Positions 56,680 through 63,922 of a DNA stretch of 64,000 nt are shown here, one piece after another; positions within the stretch are counted from its first letter, which is position 1; each line of letters starts with the position of its first letter. This DNA comes from a virus, in IMG/VR virus record IMGVR_UViG_3300045988_098930; one strand, 5' to 3'. Below the pieces are notes generated by a model. It worked only from the letters and a program-made list of their open reading frames with translations. It did no database searches and was not told the origin of the DNA. Position numbers and translations under genes: made by a program.

Positions 56680-56988
56680 TTAATTCTCGCAACATACAGC
56701 ACACAATAGTTTGTATAAATCCTCTAATGTGTACAATGGTATTGGAGTGCCGTCATCCCATGTTGCTTGCAACTCGGTATTACGACCCCAATCTTTTTCA
56801 AAAATAAAATATTCAATCCATTTGTCCGTGTCGTGCATGACGCGCATTAGCATATCAACAGCAACATGAGCGCAACCGCCTTGCGACCAATCCCACACCC
56901 AGAGACCGCACGCATTAACGGCATCAAGCCTATCAAACCATGCTTTAATTTCAAGCATGACTTCTTCAAACTCTTTATAAGTTAGCAA
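56680..56988 (-). CDS. Hypothetical protein
   Basis: 102-aa ORF, TTG start behind GAAAGGAAAAG. Confidence 0.4.
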   Translation of the reverse strand: MLTYKEFEEVMLEIKAWFDRLDAVNACGLWVWDWSQGGCAHVAVDMLMRVMHDTDKWIEYFIFEKDWGRNTELQATWDDGTPIPLYTLEDLYKLLCAVCCEN

Positions 56989-57078
56989 TATTCACTTTTC
57001 CTTTCTGGGCAAAAAATATAAATTAGAAGTGCAACGAACAGATACACTATATCATTTTTGGGGATCGTGGATAGGGGT

Positions 57079-57258
57079 CTACCCGATACTCACCACACCG
57101 TTGGTGTCTATGTCGCAGTCAAAAGTAAACATATTGACCTCATACATATCGTCATCTTCATCATACGTCATATCAGAGGGCGCAAGAAACGTCCAGATAG
57201 ATACCGGCGCATCAGCGGGGAATTGGCCGAGAATGGCCATAAGCTCATAAACTTTCAT
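57079..57258 (-). CDS. Hypothetical acidic protein
   Basis: ORF track 57079..57276. ATG 57258 lies behind GGAGG and overlaps the upstream stop (ATGA). Confidence 0.4.
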   Translation of the reverse strand: MKVYELMAILGQFPADAPVSIWTFLAPSDMTYDEDDDMYEVNMFTFDCDIDTNGVVSIG

Positions 57259-57452
57259 TCTACCTCCATTATGCAATCGTCAAGATTGCCTTCAGAATCC
57301 AACCATTTTAACAGCATAGCACATTTGGTGTTCGCCGAACCTTCCGTACACACTAATCTACACGGGCAATATTCGCACATATTAGTACAATCAGTGATGA
57401 ACTCCACCATTTCTTGCTTGTTCAGGGATATAATTTGCTCGTATCTGGTCAT
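57255..57452 (-). CDS. Cys-rich hypothetical protein
   Basis: ORF track 57255..57515. ATG 57452 lies behind AAAGGAGG. Contains a CEYCPCRLVC motif. Confidence 0.45.
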   Translation of the reverse strand: MTRYEQIISLNKQEMVEFITDCTNMCEYCPCRLVCTEGSANTKCAMLLKWLDSEGNLDDCIMEVE

Positions 57453-57472
57453 GTTACCTCCTTTATCGGTGA

Positions 57473-57658
57473 TTATTCGCAAAAAACCATTTGTTTGCAA
57501 CACGGACATCTGCACTGTGCGCTGACCCCATCATGTATATAGACTATTTGTGAACACACCTCATATTCCGATGAATCAGCTTCAAACTCACAGCCGCACG
57601 ATGAACAAATGAACCGCTTAACTTTCTTATCAATTATACCCGCTCTAAGTATTTTCAT
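57473..57658 (-). CDS. Zinc-ribbon hypothetical protein
   Basis: ORF track 57473..57805. ATG 57658 lies behind GGGAGGA. Contains CSSCGC...CRCPCC. Confidence 0.45.
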   Translation of the reverse strand: MKILRAGIIDKKVKRFICSSCGCEFEADSSEYEVCSQIVYIHDGVSAQCRCPCCKQMVFCE

Positions 57659-57932
57659 CAACCAAATCCTCCCAATCAATTTTTTGTCCGCACATATCGC
57701 AATATTGTTGATATTCGTGGTATCCCGGTGTTGTACGAGGAGTGCGAATATAACTTCCACAAACCGGGCAACCACAGTGCATGAAGGGGTCATACATAAA
57801 TACAAGAGGCTTCATTGGAATGGTTCGCATTATAGCTTTAGCGACTGTCGGAACGTCCTCGGCACTAATCGTACATTCCGTTCCTATGATTTCATTACTC
57901 CATAAGCGTTTACACATTTCTTCTTTATTCAT
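57645..57932 (-). CDS. Zinc-ribbon hypothetical protein
   Basis: 95 aa, HCGCPVCG...CDMCG motifs. Confidence 0.45.
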   Translation of the reverse strand: MNKEEMCKRLWSNEIIGTECTISAEDVPTVAKAIMRTIPMKPLVFMYDPFMHCGCPVCGSYIRTPRTTPGYHEYQQYCDMCGQKIDWEDLVDENT

Positions 57933-57973
57933 TTACGCCCTTCGTCAGTTGCCTTTTTAGTGCGACAACCTTC

Positions 57974-58195
57974 TTAAACCTCGCCTACCTCATCATTGAT
58001 CGTTGCCGCAATCGCCATTAGTAACGGAGTACCAACAAGCAGCGTTGTCACCCCCCATACTATATTTTCAGTGAATATACCTACGAATATCGGGCTAAAC
58101 AGTGCTACGATGTATAGCACGATAACGAATATACAAAGGGCTATATCACGAAATTTTTCCGCTACATTTTTCAAAAAGTATTTACACTCTAACAT
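57974..58195 (-). CDS. Small membrane protein (two hydrophobic helices)
   Basis: 73 aa, RBS TAGGGAGAC upstream. Confidence 0.45.
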   Translation of the reverse strand: MLECKYFLKNVAEKFRDIALCIFVIVLYIVALFSPIFVGIFTENIVWGVTTLLVGTPLLMAIAATINDEVGEV

Positions 58196-58209
58196 TTAAT
58201 GTCTCCCTA

Positions 58210-58341
58210 TCATATCGTGTGAGATTTATTGCACACAGATATGGTCTGTTGAACATTCCGATACCCATACTTTTGGTACAATGTGTCTGAGTCCTTTAGT
58301 ATTTGACGCGCCGTTTGCAAATCCTTCTGCAATTCATTCAT
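58210..58341 (-). CDS. Small hypothetical protein (43 aa)
   Basis: ATGA overlap with the upstream stop. Translates to MNELQKDLQTARQILKDSDTLYQKYGYRNVQQTISVCNKSHTI. Confidence 0.3.
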   Translation of the reverse strand: MNELQKDLQTARQILKDSDTLYQKYGYRNVQQTISVCNKSHTI

Positions 58342-58772
58342 TGTTTACCCCACTTCCCTTCTTTAGTCTGCTGTTGAATATCTGGTATTGCCGGGTTATT
58401 TGGTACTCGTGCGCTATACACTTGGTTCTGTTGTTTAGCTACAATCTTCCGTGAGTCTCCTTTAATCTGTGCTAATTTAGATGCCAAAGTGTTTTGCGTC
58501 TGAGTAAAATCATACAACCCTTTTAAAACTTCGTTTTCTTCTTTAGCCTGTCGCCTGCGGATTCTGGCCTCACGTAATGACTTATAACACGCATACCCAT
58601 CACGAGCATTCTTCGGATTGGACAATTCTATGTCATGCAGAATGTCTTGAATTTCATCATTGGCTTCTTTGTATATATCCTCATTCAATCTATACCGTTG
58701 TTGCACATCAGTAAGAATACTGAGAATAGCGTCAATATTACGTTCCGCTAAATTCTCCACAAGGGCCATCAC
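58338..58772 (-). CDS. Hypothetical coiled-coil protein
   Basis: 144-aa ORF, first gene downstream of the tRNAs. Confidence 0.5.
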   Translation of the reverse strand: MMALVENLAERNIDAILSILTDVQQRYRLNEDIYKEANDEIQDILHDIELSNPKNARDGYACYKSLREARIRRRQAKEENEVLKGLYDFTQTQNTLASKLAQIKGDSRKIVAKQQNQVYSARVPNNPAIPDIQQQTKEGKWGKQ

Positions 58773-58793
58773 CTACCTTTCAATTTTCACTAC

Positions 58794-58877
58794 TGGTGCT
58801 CAAGGCGGGATTTGAACCCGCAAGGCTTTTGCCGACAGATTTTAAGTCTGTTGTGTATGCCGTTCCACCACTTGAGC
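58794..58877 (-). tRNA. tRNA-Leu (anticodon UAA), CCA encoded
   Basis: Hand fold: acceptor GCTCAAG/CTTGAGC, anticodon arm ACAGA-CTTAAAA-TCTGT, long variable arm CGGCAAAAGCC, T arm GCGGG-TTCAAAT-CCCGC, then ACCA. Confidence 0.85.
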
Positions 58878-58958
58878 GTGATGCCCGTCTTTCCGAGCTG
58901 TCACAAGTCTGTTCCCTGTTGTCAACTCTATTAAGGGGAGTTCAATGCGGTTGCCCGC

Positions 58959-59034
58959 TGGCTGAGGTGGCAGGATTTGAACCTGCGTGTGTCAGAGTCA
59001 AAGTCTGATGCCTTTACCACTTGGCGACACCTCA
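58959..59034 (-). tRNA. tRNA-Gln (anticodon UUG), CCA encoded
   Basis: Hand fold: acceptor TGAGGTG/CACCTCA, D arm GCC...GGC, anticodon arm TCAGA-CTTTGAC-TCTGA, T arm GCAGG-TTCAAAT-CCTGC, then GCCA. Confidence 0.85.
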
Positions 59035-60158
59035 ATGCAATGGGCGGTTTGCACCGCCCTAAATTGTTGTTTGATATTGCATATACTACGATATGCGTGA
59101 AAGCGGTGAGCATGGCCTGCCCACGAATCAACCGACACCCGAATGTCGTCTAAACTCATTCGACCCGCCGCTAACCATCGAGCGAACTTCTTTAACTTGC
59201 GCCGCATAGTTGTCACTGATAGCGGACTGAGTTTTCGCCACACACCGCCATGTTTGTTTAAAACATACAACCCCTTTAAGAAAGTCACACCGTTACTCAG
59301 TTTGGCAATCTGCGTCTTTTTAGGGTTTAACTTAATTCCCAACTTATCACATTCGGCTTGCAACTGATATAAACACAAAGTTAAATACTGTTTACTTGGA
59401 TGAATCATATACCCATCATCCATATATCGCGCATAATATTTGATGCCCAACTTTTCTTTCACAAAATGGTCGATACGATTAGGGAGTGCTAAGGCACATA
59501 TCTGTGAGACTTGACTGCCCAGCCCTAATCCTTGATCACCAAATTGTTTGATAAAATATTCGGTTTGCCGAAGCACATCTTGATCTGTGATACAACGGCG
59601 TAACTCCTGAAATACCGCCGCATGATTGGCAGAGTCAAAGTATTTAGAAAAGTCAAACGTGAGTACATAACCTTCATTTGTACCATACTTATTATAGTAT
59701 TGATGTAAATGTTTGACAAGGCGTTGCATCGAAAAGTCAATTCCCTTGCCTTTGAGAGATGCCCCGTTATCGTAAATGAAGGTACTACTAAGAAGTGGTA
59801 TCAAAGCATAATCGCACAGACAACGTTGAATTACCCTTTCCGAAATATGAACACTGCGGATATGTCGCGGTTTGCCGCGTTCAATCAAATCAAATTCTAC
59901 AAACCCCTTACTGCGATATGTTCCGTTTAATAGGCGTTGCCTATCGCAGTAGATATTGTCCAGCGCATTAGCCTTATACTCCTGCACGCTGCACTTCCAG
60001 CCTACGCCCTTGCGCGACGCCTTCCATGCTTTGTATAAGTGCTCCATTGAGAAAATCTCATTAAAGTTACCGACAGCCGCATTGCGCTTGGCGCGTTGTG
60101 CTTCTCGGTATTGTTTGCGGCGTTGATACCGCAGTTCATGCCGTTCTTCACTTGTCAT
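58998..60158 (-). CDS. DGR reverse transcriptase
   Basis: Start at MTSEERHELRY (ATG 60158). RT motifs include LGLGSQVSQ and YMDDGYM. The longer ORF-track form (to 60524) only reads through the TR. The last 37 nt overlap tRNA-Gln. Confidence 0.85.
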   Translation of the reverse strand: MTSEERHELRYQRRKQYREAQRAKRNAAVGNFNEIFSMEHLYKAWKASRKGVGWKCSVQEYKANALDNIYCDRQRLLNGTYRSKGFVEFDLIERGKPRHIRSVHISERVIQRCLCDYALIPLLSSTFIYDNGASLKGKGIDFSMQRLVKHLHQYYNKYGTNEGYVLTFDFSKYFDSANHAAVFQELRRCITDQDVLRQTEYFIKQFGDQGLGLGSQVSQICALALPNRIDHFVKEKLGIKYYARYMDDGYMIHPSKQYLTLCLYQLQAECDKLGIKLNPKKTQIAKLSNGVTFLKGLYVLNKHGGVWRKLSPLSVTTMRRKLKKFARWLAAGRMSLDDIRVSVDSWAGHAHRFHAYRSICNIKQQFRAVQTAHCIEVSPSGKGIRL

Positions 60159-60365
60159 AAAAATCCTTCGTATGGCTATAACGTGTTGCAGCCACATAGT
60201 TGCGACCATGAAAACAGAGAGAGCACGTATCATCTGTCCATGCAAGCAGCGTCCGGTCGCTTTCATCAAAGAATCACATTTACCCTTACAGGAAGGTCTT
60301 AGGCTCCTTCTATTTGTTGTACTGAGTTCGCTTCTAAAAGAAGTTAATACGTCGGACATGAAATG

Positions 60366-60493
60366 GAATCCCAGCGCCACGCCATTCGAGTTATTGGCAT
60401 TGTCATTGTTCGCGCTCCCAGATGTGTTAACCATACAGAAGTTGTTGGAGTTATTGACATTCGCGGAGCGTAGCCAAACATTACAAGCGGAGC
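60366..60493 (-). repeat. DGR template repeat (TR)
   Basis: 128 nt matching 61049-61176 at 112 positions. In coding sense it is rich in AAY codons (SANVNNSNNFCMVNTSGSANNDNANNSNG). Confidence 0.85.
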
Positions 60494-60524
60494 AAATGCT
60501 ATACAGCCTAAAACCTAAACACAA

Positions 60525-60947
60525 TTATGAGGAAGTCTTGCCAGCTTTTAGTTTAAGGAAACGCGCTTTGTCGGTTTTCTTAACACCTTGAATCAATTCC
60601 ATTTCCTTGTGGATCATAGCTATCCATGCTTCTTCGGCGTTTAAAGAGATAATGCAATCTTCGTAAGCTAAAGTAATTTCATCATATAGATTTTGCAGGC
60701 ATTGATACGCCTTGTTCAAATAACGGGTGCGCTCATCAAGCTGGGCTTGGTTGTTTACATATACACCATTAGCGGCACGCACATAATTGCAGCAATGCGC
60801 CGCTAATTCGTTGATTCTGGCCCCGCCATAAAATGTGCGACGTTTAGGAAATTTTAACGCCTTAGCACGGCTATACCGCCACAAATCCATGGCAGTATCT
60901 AAAAACTGTACATTACTTTTCTTACGTTTGCTTGCATATACCGACAT
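60525..60947 (-). CDS. avd: Accessory variability determinant (Avd-like)
   Basis: 140-aa basic, helical-looking protein between the VR and TR, the position and size typical of Avd. Confidence 0.65.
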   Translation of the reverse strand: MSVYASKRKKSNVQFLDTAMDLWRYSRAKALKFPKRRTFYGGARINELAAHCCNYVRAANGVYVNNQAQLDERTRYLNKAYQCLQNLYDEITLAYEDCIISLNAEEAWIAMIHKEMELIQGVKKTDKARFLKLKAGKTSS

Positions 60948-61011
60948 TGTTTGTTCCTTTCATATTTTCGCCTGCCGTTGCTTCCCCTAACGGGGAAGTC
61001 AACGGGGGATT

Positions 61012-61030
61012 AAGGCGCTTTGCAAGCGCC
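61012..61030 (-). promoter_or_regulatory. GC-rich hairpin just downstream of the VR (candidate DGR target-recognition hairpin)
   Basis: AGGCGCTT-TGC-AAGCGCCT, 10 nt past the target stop codon. A second hairpin at 60973-61003 (CCGTTGCTTCCCC-TAAC-GGGGAAGTCAACGG) follows. Confidence 0.5.
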
Positions 61031-61039
61031 TATTTCCGA

Positions 61040-61954
61040 TTAAATACAGAAGCCCAGCGCCACGCCATACGAGTTACTGGCAATGTCACGGTTCGCGCTC
61101 CCAGATGCGTTAACCACACAGAAGGAGTAGGAGTTAACGACATACGCGGACCGTAGCCAAACATAACAAGCGGAGCCGTTCTGTGTAAAGATGTTGCTAC
61201 TCCGAGTGTACTTGACACCCTCTTGCGTGCCGGAGTAAGAAGTTACACCCAGAATTTCATACTCAGACCCCGGCCACAGCCTATCTGATGTAGGATTTGC
61301 GCCCTTATTATTTACCTTATTAACAGCCTTAATGCCGTTCGTTGCCTGTAATTCTGCGGGCAACAAAGTGAGATATGAAGGTACAGTCGTAGAACGCATC
61401 CGAGACGCACCCCAGCCACCCTCATTTGTGTTGCTACTATTCATCTGAGCGCTGGCAGAAAAGCACTGCTTCATAAAGAAGGTTGCCGCAGCCTTACCGC
61501 CTGTGCCGCCGCCATCAGTACGAGCATCGGTACGTACACCGCATAATTCAACCGCAACAGTTTCAGAACCAAACGTCACATTCTTGGCCGCTTTAAGTGT
61601 AAACCCATTGAAATTCGTTATCAATTCACCGCTATTACATATAGAAATGATTTGTTCCCACGTCAACGCCGAGAACGGACTATTGGTACTGAATAACTGC
61701 CACACACCCGCCACTCCGATATAGGCGTTGCAATACACCCATGTCGAACCGTTATACTGCATTGTGAGTCCGGGAGTCAGAGTTAAATTTTGTTTACCGG
61801 CCACATTAAGCTGATAGCCGCCACCATCTACTGTATGCACCCACAAATCGCCATTAGCGGGTTCAGCGGGCTTGACATAAGAAAAATAAATCGTTTCAGG
61901 CGTAGTAGCAGTTAATACTACTACCTGACCATCAACGACTGCGCTGGGGAGCAA
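61040..61954 (-). CDS. DGR target protein with C-terminal variable region (C-type-lectin-like ending ...WLRSAYVVNSYSFCVVNASGSANRDIASNSYGVALGFCI)
   Basis: As assembled, the frame has only a TTG start (61954) with no RBS. It is open upstream through a G12 tract and would join ATG 62024 if the tract were 11 nt. Confidence 0.75.
   Translation of the reverse strand: MLPSAVVDGQVVVLTATTPETIYFSYVKPAEPANGDLWVHTVDGGGYQLNVAGKQNLTLTPGLTMQYNGSTWVYCNAYIGVAGVWQLFSTNSPFSALTWEQIISICNSGELITNFNGFTLKAAKNVTFGSETVAVELCGVRTDARTDGGGTGGKAAATFFMKQCFSASAQMNSSNTNEGGWGASRMRSTTVPSYLTLLPAELQATNGIKAVNKVNNKGANPTSDRLWPGSEYEILGVTSYSGTQEGVKYTRSSNIFTQNGSACYVWLRSAYVVNSYSFCVVNASGSANRDIASNSYGVALGFCI
61049..61176 (-). repeat. DGR variable repeat (VR)
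   Basis: Hand alignment to the TR gives 16 mismatches, 15 at TR adenines (coding sense) and one C-to-G. Confidence 0.85.
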
Positions 61955-61970
61955 AGAAGCTATCTGTATA

Positions 61971-62024
61971 TCAAAGGATACCCCCCCCCCCCGATTTTTT
62001 GTTACATACCATATTAAATAACAT
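61971..62024 (-). CDS. 17-codon ORF (MLFNMVCNKKSGGGGIL*) that is probably the true, out-of-frame 5' end of the DGR target gene
   Basis: ATG 62024 lies downstream of AAAGGAGGA. The ORF runs into the G12 tract and terminates at TGA only because of the tract length. Confidence 0.4.
   Translation of the reverse strand: MLFNMVCNKKSGGGGIL
61981..61992 (-). repeat. Homopolymeric G12 tract (C12 on the plus strand)
   Basis: Read directly: ggataCCCCCCCCCCCCgatttttt. Confidence 0.95.
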
Positions 62025-62032
62025 GAAATTTT

Positions 62033-62467
62033 TTAATCCTCCTTTATTTGTTCGAACGACACAGTGACCGGCATACGCCAACCGGTCTGACTGGCGTTTA
62101 ATATGGCCGTTATGAAATTCTTGGCTAACATGTCTTGGACCGCAGGCTGATTAAGCTCCGCTCTAATCATAGCCGAAAAGGCCGCTTGATTATTTTCAAT
62201 CATTGTGGCTATTTCCTTAGACACAGTATCTTTGATAGCATTAGTTGCCAACCACCGCAAATACGGTTGCGCCCGATATGAACTCGAAGAACATGGTTCA
62301 CCTCTTTCATTTACCGAGCTGGCGACAACCGCCCGCACAGCTTTGCGCACTAATTCAGTTTTATCGCCCAACGCATCAGCGATTGCTATGCACACAGCGT
62401 CGCTTACATTCTTTTCTATCAGAGCCTTGTCTATTTCAATGCCCATACTCAGTTTTTCAGTTGCCAT
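62033..62467 (-). CDS. Hypothetical protein
   Basis: 144-aa ORF behind AAAGGAGGTGATGAGGA, directly upstream of the DGR target. Confidence 0.5.
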   Translation of the reverse strand: MATEKLSMGIEIDKALIEKNVSDAVCIAIADALGDKTELVRKAVRAVVASSVNERGEPCSSSSYRAQPYLRWLATNAIKDTVSKEIATMIENNQAAFSAMIRAELNQPAVQDMLAKNFITAILNASQTGWRMPVTVSFEQIKED

Positions 62468-62483
62468 TCCTCATCACCTCCTT

Positions 62484-63230
62484 TTAAAACGAATAATCGT
62501 TTATCCATGACTCTATCCACAAACGCGCATCCTCCTTCTCCATGAAAAAATGAATACCGGTAGAACATTCGTTCCATCTGTTTGTATCATAATCGTCAAC
62601 TTGAAGTGTTTGCCCAATTGTATACATAAAAGCATAATTATATATACTATGGATCGGCACTGCATCGGGAAGCTGTTGACCATTAGACAAGGTGTAAGCA
62701 TCTAATACTATCGCCTTATTGCATCGGCATTTTCGAGTAGTTGCGCTACTTCTGTACGCATCGGCTGGAATTTCAAGTGTGACCAATACGGGGCATATAT
62801 GCAGATCTGGATCATAGCACCATGCCCCCTTGTACCCAATAAAGCTGCCGTTCATGGGACATTGAGGACGATAATAAAGCGTCTTATCATTAACAATCGC
62901 AGTCTCTAAGCCACAGCAAAGAATAAATTTGCAAGTATACAAATTCGCATGGCACAAATTTACTTCTTGCAAATCACAGTGTACAAAGCTAACACACCTC
63001 GCTAATGTACATCCTGTGAACACCGCCTTAGTGAAATTACACGCTACAAAATCACACTTGATAAAAACACAATCAATGAATTGCACATAACGCAAATCTT
63101 GATGGGAGGCGTTTATCTTGTTTATCACACAATTCCGCAATACTAATTGCTGGCCTTGACCGTTCTGCTCTATCCACAACCGATGCTGGCGCACACACTC
63201 TTCAAATTGAGCGACATCTATTACGACCAT
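62484..63230 (-). CDS. Pentapeptide-repeat protein with a C-terminal domain of unknown function
   Basis: ORF track 62484..63260. ATG 63230 lies behind AAGGAGAG. A run of about 20 pentapeptide units (e.g. CVFIKCDFVACNFTKAVFTGCTLARCVSFVHCDLQEVNLCHANLY). Confidence 0.6.
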   Translation of the reverse strand: MVVIDVAQFEECVRQHRLWIEQNGQGQQLVLRNCVINKINASHQDLRYVQFIDCVFIKCDFVACNFTKAVFTGCTLARCVSFVHCDLQEVNLCHANLYTCKFILCCGLETAIVNDKTLYYRPQCPMNGSFIGYKGAWCYDPDLHICPVLVTLEIPADAYRSSATTRKCRCNKAIVLDAYTLSNGQQLPDAVPIHSIYNYAFMYTIGQTLQVDDYDTNRWNECSTGIHFFMEKEDARLWIESWINDYSF

Positions 63231-63241
63231 ATATTCTCTCC

Positions 63242-63922
63242 TTACGCTACTAAAGTACACACCTTATCCTTAACGTGCAAAGCAAGCGGAACGAGTTCGC
63301 CAATCATTTCCTTTATATAATCATTATCACCAGCTTCAGCATTAAGATTTAAGGTTTTAGAATTAAGATAAGTTTCCAATTCGGATTTGGTCGTACACAA
63401 GAACTTTTTAAGCCCACCCATAGTATATGACGGCATAACAGGTTCGGCAAGGGGTGTCGGCTCTTGTTGCGCCAGTTCCCTTTCCAGCCGCTTGTTCTCG
63501 GCTCGAAGATTAGTCAATTCCCGCATTTGCTCAGAAGTCAAAGCATTGTCCTCCAACGCTTCTGTTTGCTCTAACAACTCTTGAATATACCCGTTAGCCT
63601 CATTGATCTTCTGTTGCGAATCCTGCAACTTGCACTTCAGATTATAATTTTCGCTGTTAGCCTTCTGGTAGTTCTCGTAAGCCCGTCTACAATCTTCTTG
63701 TAGTTTATCTATTTTGGCAACCAGTTCAGGATCACCCTTCTGTTTAAGCTCAGTAATACGGTCATCCAGTTCGTTATTCTTCGCCACAATCAAATTAAGC
63801 CTATTGGCAAGCGACGCATTAGTACCTTGCCATTGCTTTTCCTTTTGCTCCATTTCAACTTGCTGTTGCCGTATCTGACACAAATATTTGTCAGTGAGCT
63901 TGGCTGTGATACGCTCCTTCAC
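63242..63922 (-). CDS. Coiled-coil hypothetical protein (5' end may lie beyond the window)
   Basis: 226-aa ORF from GTG 63922. The frame stays open up to the window edge. Confidence 0.45.
   Translation of the reverse strand: MKERITAKLTDKYLCQIRQQQVEMEQKEKQWQGTNASLANRLNLIVAKNNELDDRITELKQKGDPELVAKIDKLQEDCRRAYENYQKANSENYNLKCKLQDSQQKINEANGYIQELLEQTEALEDNALTSEQMRELTNLRAENKRLERELAQQEPTPLAEPVMPSYTMGGLKKFLCTTKSELETYLNSKTLNLNAEAGDNDYIKEMIGELVPLALHVKDKVCTLVA

Larger units (their letters stand above)
58998..62024 (-). mobile_element. Diversity-generating retroelement cassette (target-VR, avd, TR, RT)
   Basis: Canonical gene order plus a TR/VR pair with adenine-specific mismatches (see the component features). 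Confidence 0.85.

Noticed and set aside
58878-58958. A third functional tRNA between tRNA-Leu and tRNA-Gln.
   Set aside because: No acceptor stem or T-arm (GTTCxAAT) can be formed. There is only partial similarity to the tRNA-Leu anticodon/variable region.
60159-60524. N-terminal extension of the RT ORF (MCLGFRLYSICSACNVWLRS...) given in the ORF track.
   Set aside because: This stretch is the TR and spacer read in frame. Its similarity to the target C-terminus is the TR/VR homology, not a protein domain. The RT domain starts at ATG 60158.
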